From the NCBI GenBank assembly GCA_002633005.1, contig NMRA01000670.1, forward strand, positions 101,843-165,842: 64,000 bases of DNA. Direction: 5' to 3'. Shown here one piece after another: positions 40,381 through 53,081 of this stretch. The translations under genes and the position numbers were made by a program. Below the pieces are notes generated by a model. It saw nothing but the letters and a program-made list of their open reading frames with translations, searched no databases and had not been told where the DNA came from. Every line of letters starts with the position of its first letter. Position 1 is the stretch's first letter. The DNA comes from Phoronis australis. Lineage: Eukaryota; Animalia; Phoronida.

Positions 40381-42391
40381 ATATTTAAAATGAGGGTGGC
40401 CTCTTCAGTGATAGCACTGCTTTCCAAGAGGGCCCNTGGTACTTCCCGCTGAAGCTACAGAGTCTGAAAGGACTACTGAACATTTGATGTACTGCATCAA
40501 CTCAAAGATGACAATAACAATGTTCTTGTTATCATAAACACTCTTGTTCCATAGAAAGTTCAATTCCATAATGTTCATACACCCAAGGTTGATGACCTCA
40601 GTTCCACCCATAAAAATATATCCTTCATTGTGACTTCATTCATAGGGTTCCGTATACTTATTGACCAACTCACACATTGATTCACACCTCAAATCTGTCA
40701 TTTCAAGAAAGTTCCCAAAAATTAGGTAACACCAGATTTCACACTGAAGCATTTTCCCTAAAAACAATTGAGCTATTAGATGTCTCTCACACTTTTCAGC
40801 CTTATATGCTTTGATCAAAACCGCGAAGGCAACTTTAAGGGGTCCCAACTATATGTCAGAAAGCCCTATACAACTGGTTAATTTCAACGGATCATTTACA
40901 GTCCCCATTACACTAATGTCGACGTTTTGGGGAGTTGCAGTCAGTATGAACAGCAAATTTCACTTCTGGATCATAGTTAACAGTGCTAGTTAACTTCGCA
41001 GTTCAACAGGTGAACTAACAATAGATGTGTCATGATGGCTCAATAGCTGTTAAATCCACCGCTTTACTCTACAGTTAACTCTCGCTGTTAATTTAGCATT
41101 CAAGACCGAGGTTAAGACGTGTTCCCATTGATTGAAGCTTCGATGTCACCAAAGCTTCAGAGCCAATAAGTTACACTTCACCGAACGGTTGGTTTTAGGC
41201 GTTACTCTTTAGGGTTCCCAATAATAGCCATACACATTTGTGCACCACACACTACCCCCCCCCTTGCAAGCGTACAAAAATAGTGATGTTTTATAAGGTC
41301 TATTTTTACATATCTAGACTCGTGCTAGCTGCTTGCCAGCTCGCCATTGGCGAATTATGAGTGGCACTGGCAATGGCAGACTATAAGTCTATTCGCCAAC
41401 TTGGCGAATGCTTTTGCAACTTGACAACAAAAATTAATTTCGGGAAACCTAATCTTGTGTCAACTCGGCTCGAATCAAGTCGCCACAACATTCTTACTTC
41501 GATTAAAAGTCCTAGGCTAAAAATAGCAAGCGAATGTTCCATTTCATGTCTGTCACGTCCCCCCCTCCTTGAAATCACTTTTACAGCAATGTTCAACTGT
41601 GTAATGCCCATGTAGCAGGTGTAGGGGGAACCTCTGCCAAACCTTTTAACGTCATAATAAAACCCATGTTGGCTGACATCCCCTCCAACGTATTAGGTTG
41701 CTCTATGACCTTGGGAGTATAGACCATTTTTTTCTGAAGGCAAGTCTTTTCTTACAGTACATTTATGAAAAGGACCTGTGCATAACATGAAAAATAAAAA
41801 CTTCCGTCTATGTAACTGTATTTTTATCATTTGCAGGGGTTGGGAAATGAGACAGTATTTGGCTAATAACTTTTGAAAATGGCTGAAAGCTGCTTCTAGC
41901 GCAAGCCTAATGTATGTATCAAATTATAAATGTACGAGAAAGTTAAATGCCAGCCTTGCCTTTTTCTGTGATATACCGGTAGTATAAAAATATAACATTA
42001 GTTTCAAACAATTCCTTGTGTATGTGTTTCCTCTTAAACTAAATTTGAGTCACATGGGGCGATACAAGGTTGACAACATGTTGATATCGTTGATCCTGGG
42101 TATAGTTCAGTGGACTTCTCACAGCCAGCGAGAAAAATTAAGCCAAACCATGTGCTCTCATTGAAAATATACAGCAATCTTGCTTTTCTACTTAAAGATC
42201 CTAGGAGGTCCTCTTAAGGTCCTTTCACATTGACGTAACTCCAGTCTGAGCGAAGCGTCGACGTAAACAGCGCAGTTAACCAGACCGTTAATACTGGCTT
42301 CAGTAGTTAAAAAAACATCGAAGTAAGCGGTTGGTGCCACTGTCGTCATCAAAGTTATCGCAAGGTAACGTTGTACGCTAAGATTTTTTCN

Positions 42392-44821
42392 TGCCTACGG
42401 GGTCCCAATACTTGAGGAAATACAGGTAAATTACAGGTAAATTGTGTGAATTTGATGTTTTTGAACTATTTTCTGAAGTGACTGAAATAAAAAAAATATT
42501 AGAAAACCAAAACCTTGGTTGTTTTGTGTTGACAAGTGTCCATAACAATAAGCAAGCACTGGAGTATCACAAAATGAGAAAAAATATCAGAAACTTTGTT
42601 ATAATTTACAGGTATAAAAACGTGAAGACAAATGAATTTGCCTCAGATGGTTGTTCCTTCATTTCTACTTTGATTTCAGTGCTTCTTACTTCTGTTTGAA
42701 CATGGACTCTATGCATCAATGGAGCAAACTATAATTTCAAAAGCAATTCAGTAATCATGTTTATTTCTTACCTTTACCAGGTAAAAATTAATATAAAGGT
42801 GTAACCAGGTACATAATTATGAACGATTATTTAACACCAGTCATGTGATAGTTTCTACTTTTAGTTAGTTTGCCAAGTTCCTGTCATGAAATATTGTAAA
42901 GCAATTCACTCTGCACAGGGGCACCTCACAAAAAGAGCACATAAATGAAGTCTCGATGGGGTAACCCTTTGGTGTTTTGCGATTGCTCATTACACATTGG
43001 CGACAAACTTTTTTCCTCCCTTGAACTTTTACAATTTTATGATGTCCAATGGCTGCCTGGTTAACAACAACATCTGCGCAGTCCTTCGACCGCCTTCCTG
43101 CTTTACGTTGCCGACACGTAAACCCGTTTACTAGCTGTTCAATTACTTCCATGCGGAACCGCACGGAGTCGTAGTACTTTGGCAAAGGTGGCGCATGATG
43201 ACTCTTCGTACTAAGAATGAATGCATTTACAAGAGACAAATTGACGCAAAACCATACCAAATCGTGCCACCATTTTTTGCATGCTCTGCCTACAGGGTAG
43301 TAAGATCGCATCTGGTCTGACTTATCCACCCCACCCATGAAATCGTTGTAACGCAGATTGACTTCAGGCTTTCCCTCACCCGCGAATGGTTTGTGGATAG
43401 TCGAGAGAAAAGTGAGAGTCCGCTTGTCTTTGTACATAGTAGCTACCATTTCCCCTTTTTGTTTTTGAATAAGATCACCAGTGTTCTTCAGCTTGGCTCT
43501 CTTGAAACAGGCTGGTAAACCTTTGCGGTTATTCATTATTGTCCCACAGGTGTAAGTGCTTTCCAATTTGAGGTGTTCTGCCAGTATCACTGAGGAGAAA
43601 AATCGGTCGTAGTAAAGATGATGGTGACGTCCACGATATGGTTCGGACAGTGTCCACACCACATCATAGCCAAGGCCGTGTTGCCTCTCTCCATTTTGTT
43701 TTTTACCTGTGTAAACGTCAAAATTGCAGCAGTATCCAGACTTTGACTCACACAGCTCCCAGACCTTTATCCCCCACTTGGTAGGTTTAGCCGGCATATT
43801 TTGACGAAAATGGATTCGCCCTTTGAAGCCGACCATTGCCTCATCCACAGACAATTCACATTCAGGATAGTAATTATTTTTGAAATTCTCAGTAACTGTA
43901 TCTAATAATGGTCTTACTTTATAAAGAGGATCATAACCATCTTCTCCTCGGCGCGGCTGTCCTGAAGTGTCCCTCACATGAAAGTACTGGGTCAACTTTT
44001 CAAAACGGGGGCGGGGCATGATTGAGCTCACGTAAGCATCTCCATATTTTGGGTCAGTACTCCAATAAAACCACATTCGTGGCAATTGTTTCATTCCCAT
44101 GATAATATTTATGGCCAGAAATGCACGAATTTCCTGAGCTGTTGTCGGCGTCCATTTTGTATCGGGCTGTCCTCGACTTGCAGCTACCTGGTCGGCATAT
44201 CGATTCGTTTCCTCAGCCCACGACTCCAAGCAATCGGAAGTTATAAACAATTCAAAATAGTCCAAAGCCGTTGCTTCCGCAGGTAAGTTGTGCAATGGAC
44301 CCGAATTCTCTGAAAACGGGGGCAAATTGAAGTCCGTGAGCGTTGGGGTCCACGCGGCATTTAAAAATGTCAGATTTTCATCCTCATTTTCCTCGCCGCT
44401 TTCGCTTTCGGATTCACTGCCACTGCTCGAAACATCCGAGACGTCGACGTCCGACTCATTCACAGGTAAATTTCTAGCTAAATGTTCAGCTTTTCGTACA
44501 GATTCCTCCACTTCTGCATCGGAAAATCCATCAAAATCAGACTCGTCGTTGCTGGACTCCATATTGTTAACAGTAAGTCGTAACTTAACTTTAAACTTTG
44601 CAAAAAGGCAATAAATTTACAGTGAAGCAGAAGACACAAACAAACATGGCCGTCTGATCTATTAATAGACCTATAGTAACAATTCTCGCGATATTTGGAC
44701 GAGATTTCTTGTTACCATGGATGCAAAGACCCGGAAGGTGAGTACGGCCGGTTACGGCCGGCCTGGGCCAGGGAAGCGGCCGTTTTGTCGGCCGGTTGCG
44801 GCCGGCGCTGAGTTTAAAGGG
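42392..44821 (-). mobile_element. piggyBac transposon
   Basis: The 5' end reads TTAA-CCCTTTAAACTCAGCGCC on the - strand (TTAA at 44822-44825); the other end is cut by the N at 42391. Confidence 0.9.
42865..44562 (-). CDS. piggyBac transposase (PGBD4-like), intact 565-aa ORF
   Basis: Acidic N-terminus; catalytic motifs SVDEAM, YYDRFF and GGVDKSDQ; PAKPTKWGIK; C-terminal Cys-rich domain CRQC...CSFC..PLC...CF..FH. Confidence 0.95.
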   Translation of the reverse strand: MESSNDESDFDGFSDAEVEESVRKAEHLARNLPVNESDVDVSDVSSSGSESESESGEENEDENLTFLNAAWTPTLTDFNLPPFSENSGPLHNLPAEATALDYFELFITSDCLESWAEETNRYADQVAASRGQPDTKWTPTTAQEIRAFLAINIIMGMKQLPRMWFYWSTDPKYGDAYVSSIMPRPRFEKLTQYFHVRDTSGQPRRGEDGYDPLYKVRPLLDTVTENFKNNYYPECELSVDEAMVGFKGRIHFRQNMPAKPTKWGIKVWELCESKSGYCCNFDVYTGKKQNGERQHGLGYDVVWTLSEPYRGRHHHLYYDRFFSSVILAEHLKLESTYTCGTIMNNRKGLPACFKRAKLKNTGDLIQKQKGEMVATMYKDKRTLTFLSTIHKPFAGEGKPEVNLRYNDFMGGVDKSDQMRSYYPVGRACKKWWHDLVWFCVNLSLVNAFILSTKSHHAPPLPKYYDSVRFRMEVIEQLVNGFTCRQRKAGRRSKDCADVVVNQAAIGHHKIVKVQGRKKVCRQCVMSNRKTPKGYPIETSFMCSFCEVPLCRVNCFTIFHDRNLAN

Positions 44822-44825
44822 TTAA

Positions 44826-45900
44826 AGATACCCCAGTCAGATGAATTTCGAGTACGCTGAGCTATTCGCTTCAGGTAATCTCTCTTGCGAGAGAGAGCTA
44901 TGAGGTTATCATTATACCACTCGGGTGATTTGCCCTTTAATTTCAATTGGATTACGGGAGCATGATTATTAATAACTCTAATGAAACTTTGTTTGAAAAT
45001 CGTCCAAGCGGCATCGGTGTCAACAGCGGTGGTAACGGCGCCCCAATCGATCGCCTGTAGATCTCTGAGAAAGTCTTCGTTATCGAAGGTGCGATATGAA
45101 CGCTTGGTAATGATACGTGGCGGAAACTTAGGGCGACTAGTCTTATACGCTGTGAATACAAGATTATGATCACTAATCCCAATGGGTATACTATCAAAAG
45201 TAAAAACTTTGTCAACGTTTGATACAAGAATAAGATCAAGGCATGTGGAAGTTTTGTCGGTAACCCTTGTTGGCACGTTAATAATATTCTTCATACCCAA
45301 CTCTCGTTCCCATGCCCTAATGTTACTCACTGTCTTCTTACACAATACATCATAATTAAAATCACCAGTAACAATAAAATCTTTGCTAGTGTGAGCTTGA
45401 TTATGAACAATATTTTTTAAATGATCAGTCAATTTTTCTGTGTATTCTGCGTTTGCAGAGGGTGGTCTGTAGACTGAACCAATAATCAAATTCTTCGATT
45501 TAGGAATATCAATCTCAACCCAGAGCGACTCCACCAGTTCGTCATGGTGCTGGAGCTGACGGCTAGTTAGTCCTTCTTTCGTGTAGATGTCAACACCACC
45601 ACCTTTCCTGTTGCAGTCGTTCCTATTCAATTCAAAGCCGTCGATGGCGATCTCAGAATCATCGATGATAGTAGAGAGCCGAGCAAAGAATATCGATGGG
45701 TTTTTGACTCATAATAAAACGCAGATCATCAATTCGGTCAGTTAGCGACACTATATTAAGGTGTCCAATACAGAAACCTTTGGTGTATTTTAAATCAGAT
45801 AGAATATCGGGACCATGGTCACTCAGGATACTGCCAGAGATTGACGAGGATGATTCATTAATGTTCTCGGTTGTGAACAACCAGTCACTAGTATTAAAAA
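44826..45900 (-). mobile_element. L2/CR1(Crack)-like LINE ORF2 5' part (apurinic endonuclease), interrupted by the piggyBac
   Basis: GHLNIVSL, RKGGGV, SVYRPP, TGDFN, PTRVT...CLDLI and SDH motifs; the ORF runs into the piggyBac at the TTAA. Confidence 0.9.
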
Positions 45901-46737
45901 AATTAGAGAAACCATTGAGAGCCGGGACGTGGTCTGGTTTGACCCACCTTTCCGTGGTTGCAGCTATGTTATCTTTCTGTCCAGGACTGTAAAGAACCTC
46001 ACTGTTATTGGTAGCAGATTCAGTGACTAGGGGGAGTCACACATTAAAAGCCTCATGCCAGTCAATTACATTGTCATGGTGCATGTCGAGAAGAGAATTT
46101 CCTTTGGTTTTTCATAAGGGAGGAGAAACAAAACAGAATCGATTAAACAGCATTGAATTCACAAAACAGGATAGAATATACAAAACAGCATTGACCTTGG
46201 ATCAGTATGGACTGAATTGATGTAATAGCTTTAAATGCTCAAGATAGGATTGAATTGTTGTACAATTGGCATTGAGTTCATTACATGGAATTGAATATAC
46301 AAGTTGATGTTTTTGCATAAATGGCCACCCATATATATAGGCAGCTACATCATTTTGTTTGGTCATGGTCAAGGGGGAAGGCTATGTATGCCAGTGACTT
46401 CAATACGTATGACAGCACCACAACTTGTGCCCATCTTATCAACTGCACCCATTACCTTTGCAAACTGGTACTCATTAACATAATGTTTTAATTACACATT
46501 AAAAAGCATCATGATGATTATAGAACAAAAAAGTTCATTAACACAGAGAGTATTTCCTTTTTTCATTTGCCTTCTATGCTTACACTTGATAACGTCACAC
46601 CTGCTGCCAAGGCGGCATGTGCCATGCCCATACCTTAATCAAGTTACTGTGAAAAATTCACAAAAGAAGAGTCGGCAATAAATTGGGCACCAAGAAAGTC
46701 AATACAACCATGCCCACAACAGTGAATCATCACTGAT

Positions 46738-49520
46738 TACCAGATGCTCGGGGGAGCGACACTTGGCGGAATTAAGCGAAAAGACGACAATGAGAGCGAC
46801 AATCATGACGATCTAGGCGGCAATTATGAATAAAACGATAACATTCATGTGACTAGCGAAGAAATCAAATAGAGAGCATACAATCAACTACAATAAAGAA
46901 CAATAGATGGCGCAACATGACGGTCCAGTCTACAGTAGAACAGTGCTGGCTGGGTCAGTCTAGGTCAACTAGGCATAACCAAAACAAAGCGAACTGAAAG
47001 CCAGCCAGCTGCGTGCTTGCATAGAGGACCGAAGGAACAACGGTATTCGAAAATCTTGAATAATTCAAAAAGTAGACGTTGTGGCGCAAAATGGAAAATA
47101 TCTTCTGAAAGCCCGTTCAAAACTCTATCTAAAATGGTAGTTTGGAAAACACGATAACATTCATGTGACTAGCGAAGAAATTAAATAGAGAGCATACAAT
47201 CAACTACAATAAAGAACAATAGATGGCGCAACATGACGGACGAGCTATGCTTTACAGTAGGACAGTGCTGGCTGGGTCAGTCTGGGTCAACTAGGCATAA
47301 CAAAAACAAAGTGAACTGAAAGCCAGCCAGCTGTGTGTGACCGAAGGAACAACGGTATCCGAAAATCTCGAATAATTCAAAAAGTAGATGTCGTAGCGCA
47401 AAATGGAAAATATCTTCTGAAAGCCCGTTCAAAATTCTATCTAAAGTGGTAGTTTGGCAAAAGTCCAAAAATTTTTCTAGAAAATTAAAATTTGCCGTTT
47501 TTTTTTAAAATTCAAAGTCAAATAACTCGAAAACGGTAAGTCTGAGAAATACGCTCTCGCAGACTTTTTGAAAGGCCATACTTCAAGGAATCCACATGCA
47601 AAAATTCACGTCATTTGCTCTTCCCATAAAAAATGCGACACCAGAGCGATTAAAACCGTGTGAACATGTCCCACAGCCGCCATCTTGAAAGTGACTTCCG
47701 GTTCAATAATTGTTTATAAAAGCTTATTAAACTCAACAAACACGTGACCAGTTTGAAAGTAATTGGTTTGCAAATACGCCCTCTACAGGAGAAAACGTTT
47801 TTGGCCATATTTCGGGGTGCGCATGCACCACGTCCAATATTTCCGCCATCTTTGACTGGAAGTAAACAATTTTCTGAACAATTGTAGCACATGCGTTCTA
47901 GTATATTCGTACCGATTTTCAGCCATGTAGGTCGAAAAATGCGGCCTCTACGAGTATTTGACTGTGAAATCGGATACAAAATGGCCGCCACGTCTGCCAT
48001 TTTGTATCCGATCTTGACCAAAAACAATAGGCTTCTAGGACTTCCCGATCTATTCGTTGTGTGCAAATTTCGTGAAAATCGGACGAAAATTGCGACCTGT
48101 AGAGTGCGAACAAAAAAAAAATGAACTACAATAAAGAACAATAGATAGCGCAACATGACGGACGAGCCATGCTTTGTTCCGCAATCCAAAATAGGTGGCA
48201 CTATGTGACAGTCTGCAGAGCAAAGTTATGTTTACAACAGTATTTCGCCTGGAATTCCAGTCTACAGCACGACAGTGCTACCTGGGTCAGTCGGGGTCAC
48301 AACTCTCTGTTAACTTGTGCAGACATAACCAAAACAAAGTGAACTGAAAGCCAGCCAGCTGCGTGCATACGTGACCGAAGGAACAACGGTATTCGAAAAT
48401 CTCGAATAATTCAAAACGTAGACGTCGTAGCGCAAAATGGAAATTATCATCTGAAAGCCCGTTCAAAACTCTATCTAAAGTGGTAGTTTGTCAAACACGA
48501 TAACATTCATGCGACTAGCGAAGAAATCAAATAGAGAGCATACAATCAACTACAATAAAGAACAATAGATGGCGCAACATGACGGACGAGCCATGCTTTA
48601 CAGTAGGACAGTGCTGGCTGGGTCAGTCTGGGTCAACTAGGCATAACCAAAACAAAGTGAACTGAAAGCCAGCCAGCTGCGTGCTTGCATAGGAACAACG
48701 GTATCCGAAAATCTCGAATAATTCAAAAAGTAGACGTCGTAGCGCAAAATGGAAAATATCTTCTGAAAGCCCGTTCAAATCTCTATCTAAAGTGGTAGTT
48801 TGGCAAAAATCAAAAAAAAATTTTCGAGAAAATTGAAAATTTGCCGTTTTTTTGAAATTCAAAGTCAAATAACTCGAAAACGGTAAGTCTGAGAAATACG
48901 CTCTCGCAGACTTTTTGAAAGGCCATGCTTCAAGGAATCCACATGCAAAAATTCATGTCATTTGATCTTCCCATAAAAAATGCGACAACACAGCGATTGA
49001 AACCGTGTGAACATGCTCCACAGCCGCCATCTTGGAAGTAACTTCCGGTCCAATAATTTTTTATAAAAGCTTATTAATCTCAACAAACACGTGACCAGTT
49101 TGAAAGTGATTGGTTTGCAATTGCGCCCTCTACAGGAGAAAACGTTTTTAGCCATATTTCGGGGTGCGCATGCGCCACGTCCAATATTTGCGCCATCTTT
49201 AACTGGAAGTCAAAGATTTTCTGCACAGTTGTAGCACATGGGTTTTAGTATAACCGTACCGATTTTGAGCCATGTACGTCGAAAAATGCGGCCTCTACGA
49301 GTATTTGACTGTGAAATCGGATACAAAATGGCCGCCACGTCCGCCATTTTGTATCCGATCATGACCAAAAACAATAGGCTTCTAGGACTTTTTGATCTAC
49401 ACGTTGTGTGCAAATTTCGTGAAAATCGGACGAAAATTGCGACCTGTAGAGTGCGAACAAAAAAAAAACTTGACGACAGAGCAACATACTTGTCGGAATT
49501 CAAAGAATTCCGCCAAGTAA
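46738..49520 (-). mobile_element. Non-autonomous Helitron/Helentron-like element with internal tandem modules
   Basis: One end ACCAG-ATGCTC-GGGG-GAGC (CTGG plus hairpin on -) with subterminal ACTTGGCGGAATT; other end palindrome ACTTGTCGGAATTC-AAA-GAATTCCGCCAAGT. A ~310-bp module recurs; 47152-48120 is duplicated at 48498-49468. Confidence 0.7.
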
Positions 49521-50006
49521 AAATTTCCAAGTTCACACAGGGAACCTGAGTGATATAATATGCCCACATTGTAATGAAGTGCATGTTACTTGTAGTGGTG
49601 ATTTTCAGTTTGATGTAAGATGCTCCCACATCATAACCAATTTGAGTACCAGGAATGCTGGTTTAGACTGAAAGAATTCATCCGACATTTGGTAGGTGCT
49701 GGTGCTCCCCAATACATATGTGCAATAGGCTGCTAAGTCTCAGTCTTCGAGTATGGTAGACAAGCTCACCAAAACCTGTCAAGATGCCTCCAACGCTGCT
49801 TGCCTGGATGGAGATGCACCTACATATAAATTACTACTTTTAAGACTGAGGGCACAGTTGAAAACAGTTGCACTTTTTGTTAGAAGTCATTTAAGAACTA
49901 CTGCAAAGAACTAGTTAGGACATGAAGAGTACTGAAAAGTTATTTTTTATTTCCGACAGCATAAAACTAGAAAGACTATTGTCAGGGCGTGACAATAATG
50001 CCGGAC

Positions 50007-50485
50007 CAGGGCTTGGAATGACCAATGACAAAAACCGCGGAAACTTTTACGGCCCAAATCATGCCCGATAACCAGCCTTTGAAATGTGTCAATGTGAACC
50101 TTTCCGTGGCAAAAATCGGGAGGACCACCATCACTAGCATGCGTCTGCGTCCTTTTCGCTCGCCCGTCCACTCCCAACCCACACAAATTTGGCTGCAGAG
50201 CGGTAGTATTTGTCACCGCGCTTAACAATAACACGAGCCGCCATTGAAAATCAGACCACGCTTTACCCAGATGCCCCGGCAATGTTGACAATTTACGTTC
50301 CTCCGAAACATAAAGACTTCCGCTTTCCGAGGTGAACGTCGTCTGCAACGCCGCGGTAAGAAAGGAATTTGCCGCGGAAATTTCATATCAAATCCGATTT
50401 TTTACGCGGAAATATTATAAAAAAAGCGGAAAGCACATTTCAAAAAAGCGGAAATCCGCGTTTCCGCGGAAAATTCCAAGCCCTG
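50007..50485. mobile_element. hAT-like MITE
   Basis: TIR CAGGGCTTGGAAT ... ATTCCAAGCCCTG; CCGCGGAAA repeats; imperfect flanks CCGGAC / ATGGAC. Confidence 0.75.
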
Positions 50486-50852
50486 ATGGACTCTGCGCGT
50501 CTGTATTACTGGGATTGTTATGGGAAGTTATTGACAGTAATCCGTTTACCAATATGAAAAGGAATTCTTTAAAATTTAGGAGAAATTACAAGTTAATATT
50601 TTGATGACCTTTCCACTAATTGACCTCTATGGTGCATTATGAGCCCCAATGAGGGAAAATTTCTAAACTCAATTAAAAGTGTGGTTGATGCTAAGAATCA
50701 CAGATGTTTTACTTTAAGCACTTCAGAATACAAGATGAATAAATTGGTCAAACTTTCAGAAGAAAAATGCACCTAATGACCCCATGGGTCCACCAAATGA
50801 CCTGAAAATTTAGAATTCAAACTCAATCGCACTTCGTAAACAGATATGTAAT

Positions 50853-52156
50853 AGCGGATTTGCAGCGCAGACGAACTACGCATTGCGCATGTGCGAGTTA
50901 CTTCCTTCGCGAAGGCTCATGGGATAGCTTGTGGTCAGGCATGTCTTGAGCAGGCTGGATAGTGTGTGCATTTGGAGTGATTTGCAAACTAAAAACCATG
51001 TTTCATTTTTTGCTTTATAATACCAAGCAAGGCCTCTCTCTCGTTTGTAAACACAGCGTAGCTATGATCAGTGACCGTGTGACCGAGAGCACGACTGTCG
51101 CCGTGTTCAGTATTGGGGTTATCGGCGTTGATTTCGAAATCTCCTCCTATTTCAGACAAGTTGAGAGTTCTTGGGTTGCTTAACTTTTGTAGCTTTCGTC
51201 GTGGATATGCNNNNNNNNNNNNNNNNNNNNNNNNNNNNNNNNNNNNNNNNNNNNNNNNNNNNNNNNNNNNNNNNNNNNNNNNNNNNNNNNNNNNNNNNNN
51301 NNNNNNNNNNNNNNNNNNNNNNNNNNNNNNNNNNNNNNNNNNNNNNNNNNNNNNNNNNNNNNNNNNNNNNNNNNNNNNNNNNNNNNNNNNNNNNNNNNNN
51401 NNNNNNNNNNNNNNNNNNNNNNNNNNNNNNNNNNNNNNNNNNNNNNNNNNNNNNNNNNNNNNNNNNNNNNNNNNNNNNNNNNNNNNNNNNNNNNNNNNNN
51501 NNNNNNNNNNNNNNNNNNNNNNNNNNNNNNNNNNNNNNNNNNNNNNNNNNNNNNNNNNNNNNNNNNNNNNNNNNNNNNNNNNNNNNNNNNNNNNNNNNNN
51601 NNNNNNNNNNNNNNNNNNNNNNNNNNNNNNNNNNNNNNNNNNNNNNNNNNNNNNNNNNNNNNNNNNNNNNNNNNNNNNNNNNNNNNNNNNNNNNNNNNNN
51701 NNNNNNNNNNNNNNNNNNNNGAGGTGAAAACTCGAAATCGGTAACCCAAATCCGGTCACGGCCCGTTTAAAATACACTGGAGTAACGAAATGAGTACAGA
51801 AAGCGAATGGAAGTATTGTAGCCCCTACATGGCCAACCGAGGGGCTACGTGTTGCCTACTAGATGGCCCCGCGTTCGTTTGAATGCGCTAAATTTCCCCT
51901 TACTCCCAGGTCTCCTAATGTTGTTTATCCATTTTTCACAAAGTTCTTGGTTTGCAGGGAACACATACAAACTCAGATTTTTATCTCTCTTGTTGTTTTT
52001 GAAGCAGCCAGGAACACAAGTGTATCCGCCGTAAGTTTTCTTCGCGCTCATACCGCGTTTTATGCTTGTTACTATGGCCGCTTTCGGAATCCTGACCACA
52101 GCACCCACAATGCACCATTTTAACTAATTTCAATATGGCGTCGCTGCAAATCCGCT
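50853..52156 (-). mobile_element. THAP-domain TIR element (ISL2EU/Harbinger-like deletion derivative)
   Basis: TIR AGCGGATTTGCAGCG with AT on both sides; THAP-like CVPGC...LSLYVFP...EKWINNIRR at 51860-52051; DHSY motif near 51060-51070. Confidence 0.75.
51211..51720. other. Assembly gap
   Basis: Run of N. Confidence 1.
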
Positions 52157-53081
52157 ATTTTGAAGTCTCTAACTCAAAATTTTCGTTTGCACTCAATGAC
52201 CTTCGACCTATTTTTTCTGATTGGTTATTACTATTGCGTAGTAAAGTAGCGTGTTCAATTGGCATGTTGACTTACACCAGTGTGCTGAAATTGAAAAGAA
52301 TTCCTTGAAAAATGTAGGAGATAAAACATTTTAAACGTTAGATAACATTTCCACTAATTGACCCTATCCGGTGCATTATAAGCATCTTTTAGAGAATTAT
52401 TGCAAAGCCCCTGAAAAGTGTGCGTAATGCTGAGAATCACACTTGTCTAACGGTTGACACATCAGAATACTTGGTGAATGAAAAAGACAAATATTCTGAA
52501 GAAAAATGCACCTAATGACCCCATGGTTGCACTAAATGACCTGAAACTTTGTATTTCGAATTGAATTAGATGTACCAAACAGACTTGTGAATTTGAAGTT
52601 TGTAACTCAAAATCTTAGTTTGCACCTAATGTCCTTTGCCTTATTTCACCTGATTGGATGACCCGTGACTTATACCTGTGCACCGAATTTGAAAAAGATA
52701 GCTTTAAAACTGAAGGAGGAGTAGCATTTTGAAAATTATATGACCTTTGCACCAAACGACCTCTTCCTGTGCAATATGGAATATGATTATATAACCAATC
52801 AAAATTTATATACTTTCAAAAGTCATATGCTGAATTTAAAGACCGTACCTGCACCCAATTTGGAGTTTTTAAGCCTCAAAGTTGGTCGGAAGAAGAATAA
52901 GAAGAATAATAAGAATAAGAATAAAATTGAAGAAAACCCAGGAACGACAGAACTCTGCGCTTACATGCGCAGAGTAATTACCCTAGCTGTAAATTCAAGT
53001 GTGCCCTAACTTGAAGAACCTTTGCTGTAATTCCCTAAAAACATAAATCTGATCAAGGTACAGCACAAATTTCCTTTTCAG

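Larger units (their letters stand above)
37267..46332. mobile_element. ~9-kb region bounded by imperfect long TIRs, containing nested elements
   Basis: TGGGCAGCCATTTTTGCAAAAAAC...AATTCAATTCCATGTAA matches, in reverse complement, TTACATGGAATTGAAT...GTTTTTGCATAAATGGCCACCCA; GAATTCAAT repeats in opposite orientation at each end. Confidence 0.65.
49966..52978 (-). mobile_element. Second non-autonomous Helitron/Helentron-like element, with two nested insertions
   Basis: ACTAG end with hairpin TATTGTCA-GGGCG-TGACAATA; subterminal ACTCTGCGC at 50490; terminal palindrome ACTCTGCGC-TTACAT-GCGCAGAGT at 52952-52975 after an (AAG/AAT)n tract; two internal repeat units. Confidence 0.7.

Noticed and set aside
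47650-49629. ORFs of 139-183 aa on the - strand
   Set aside because: They lie in the repeated modules of a non-autonomous element and have no recognisable domain.
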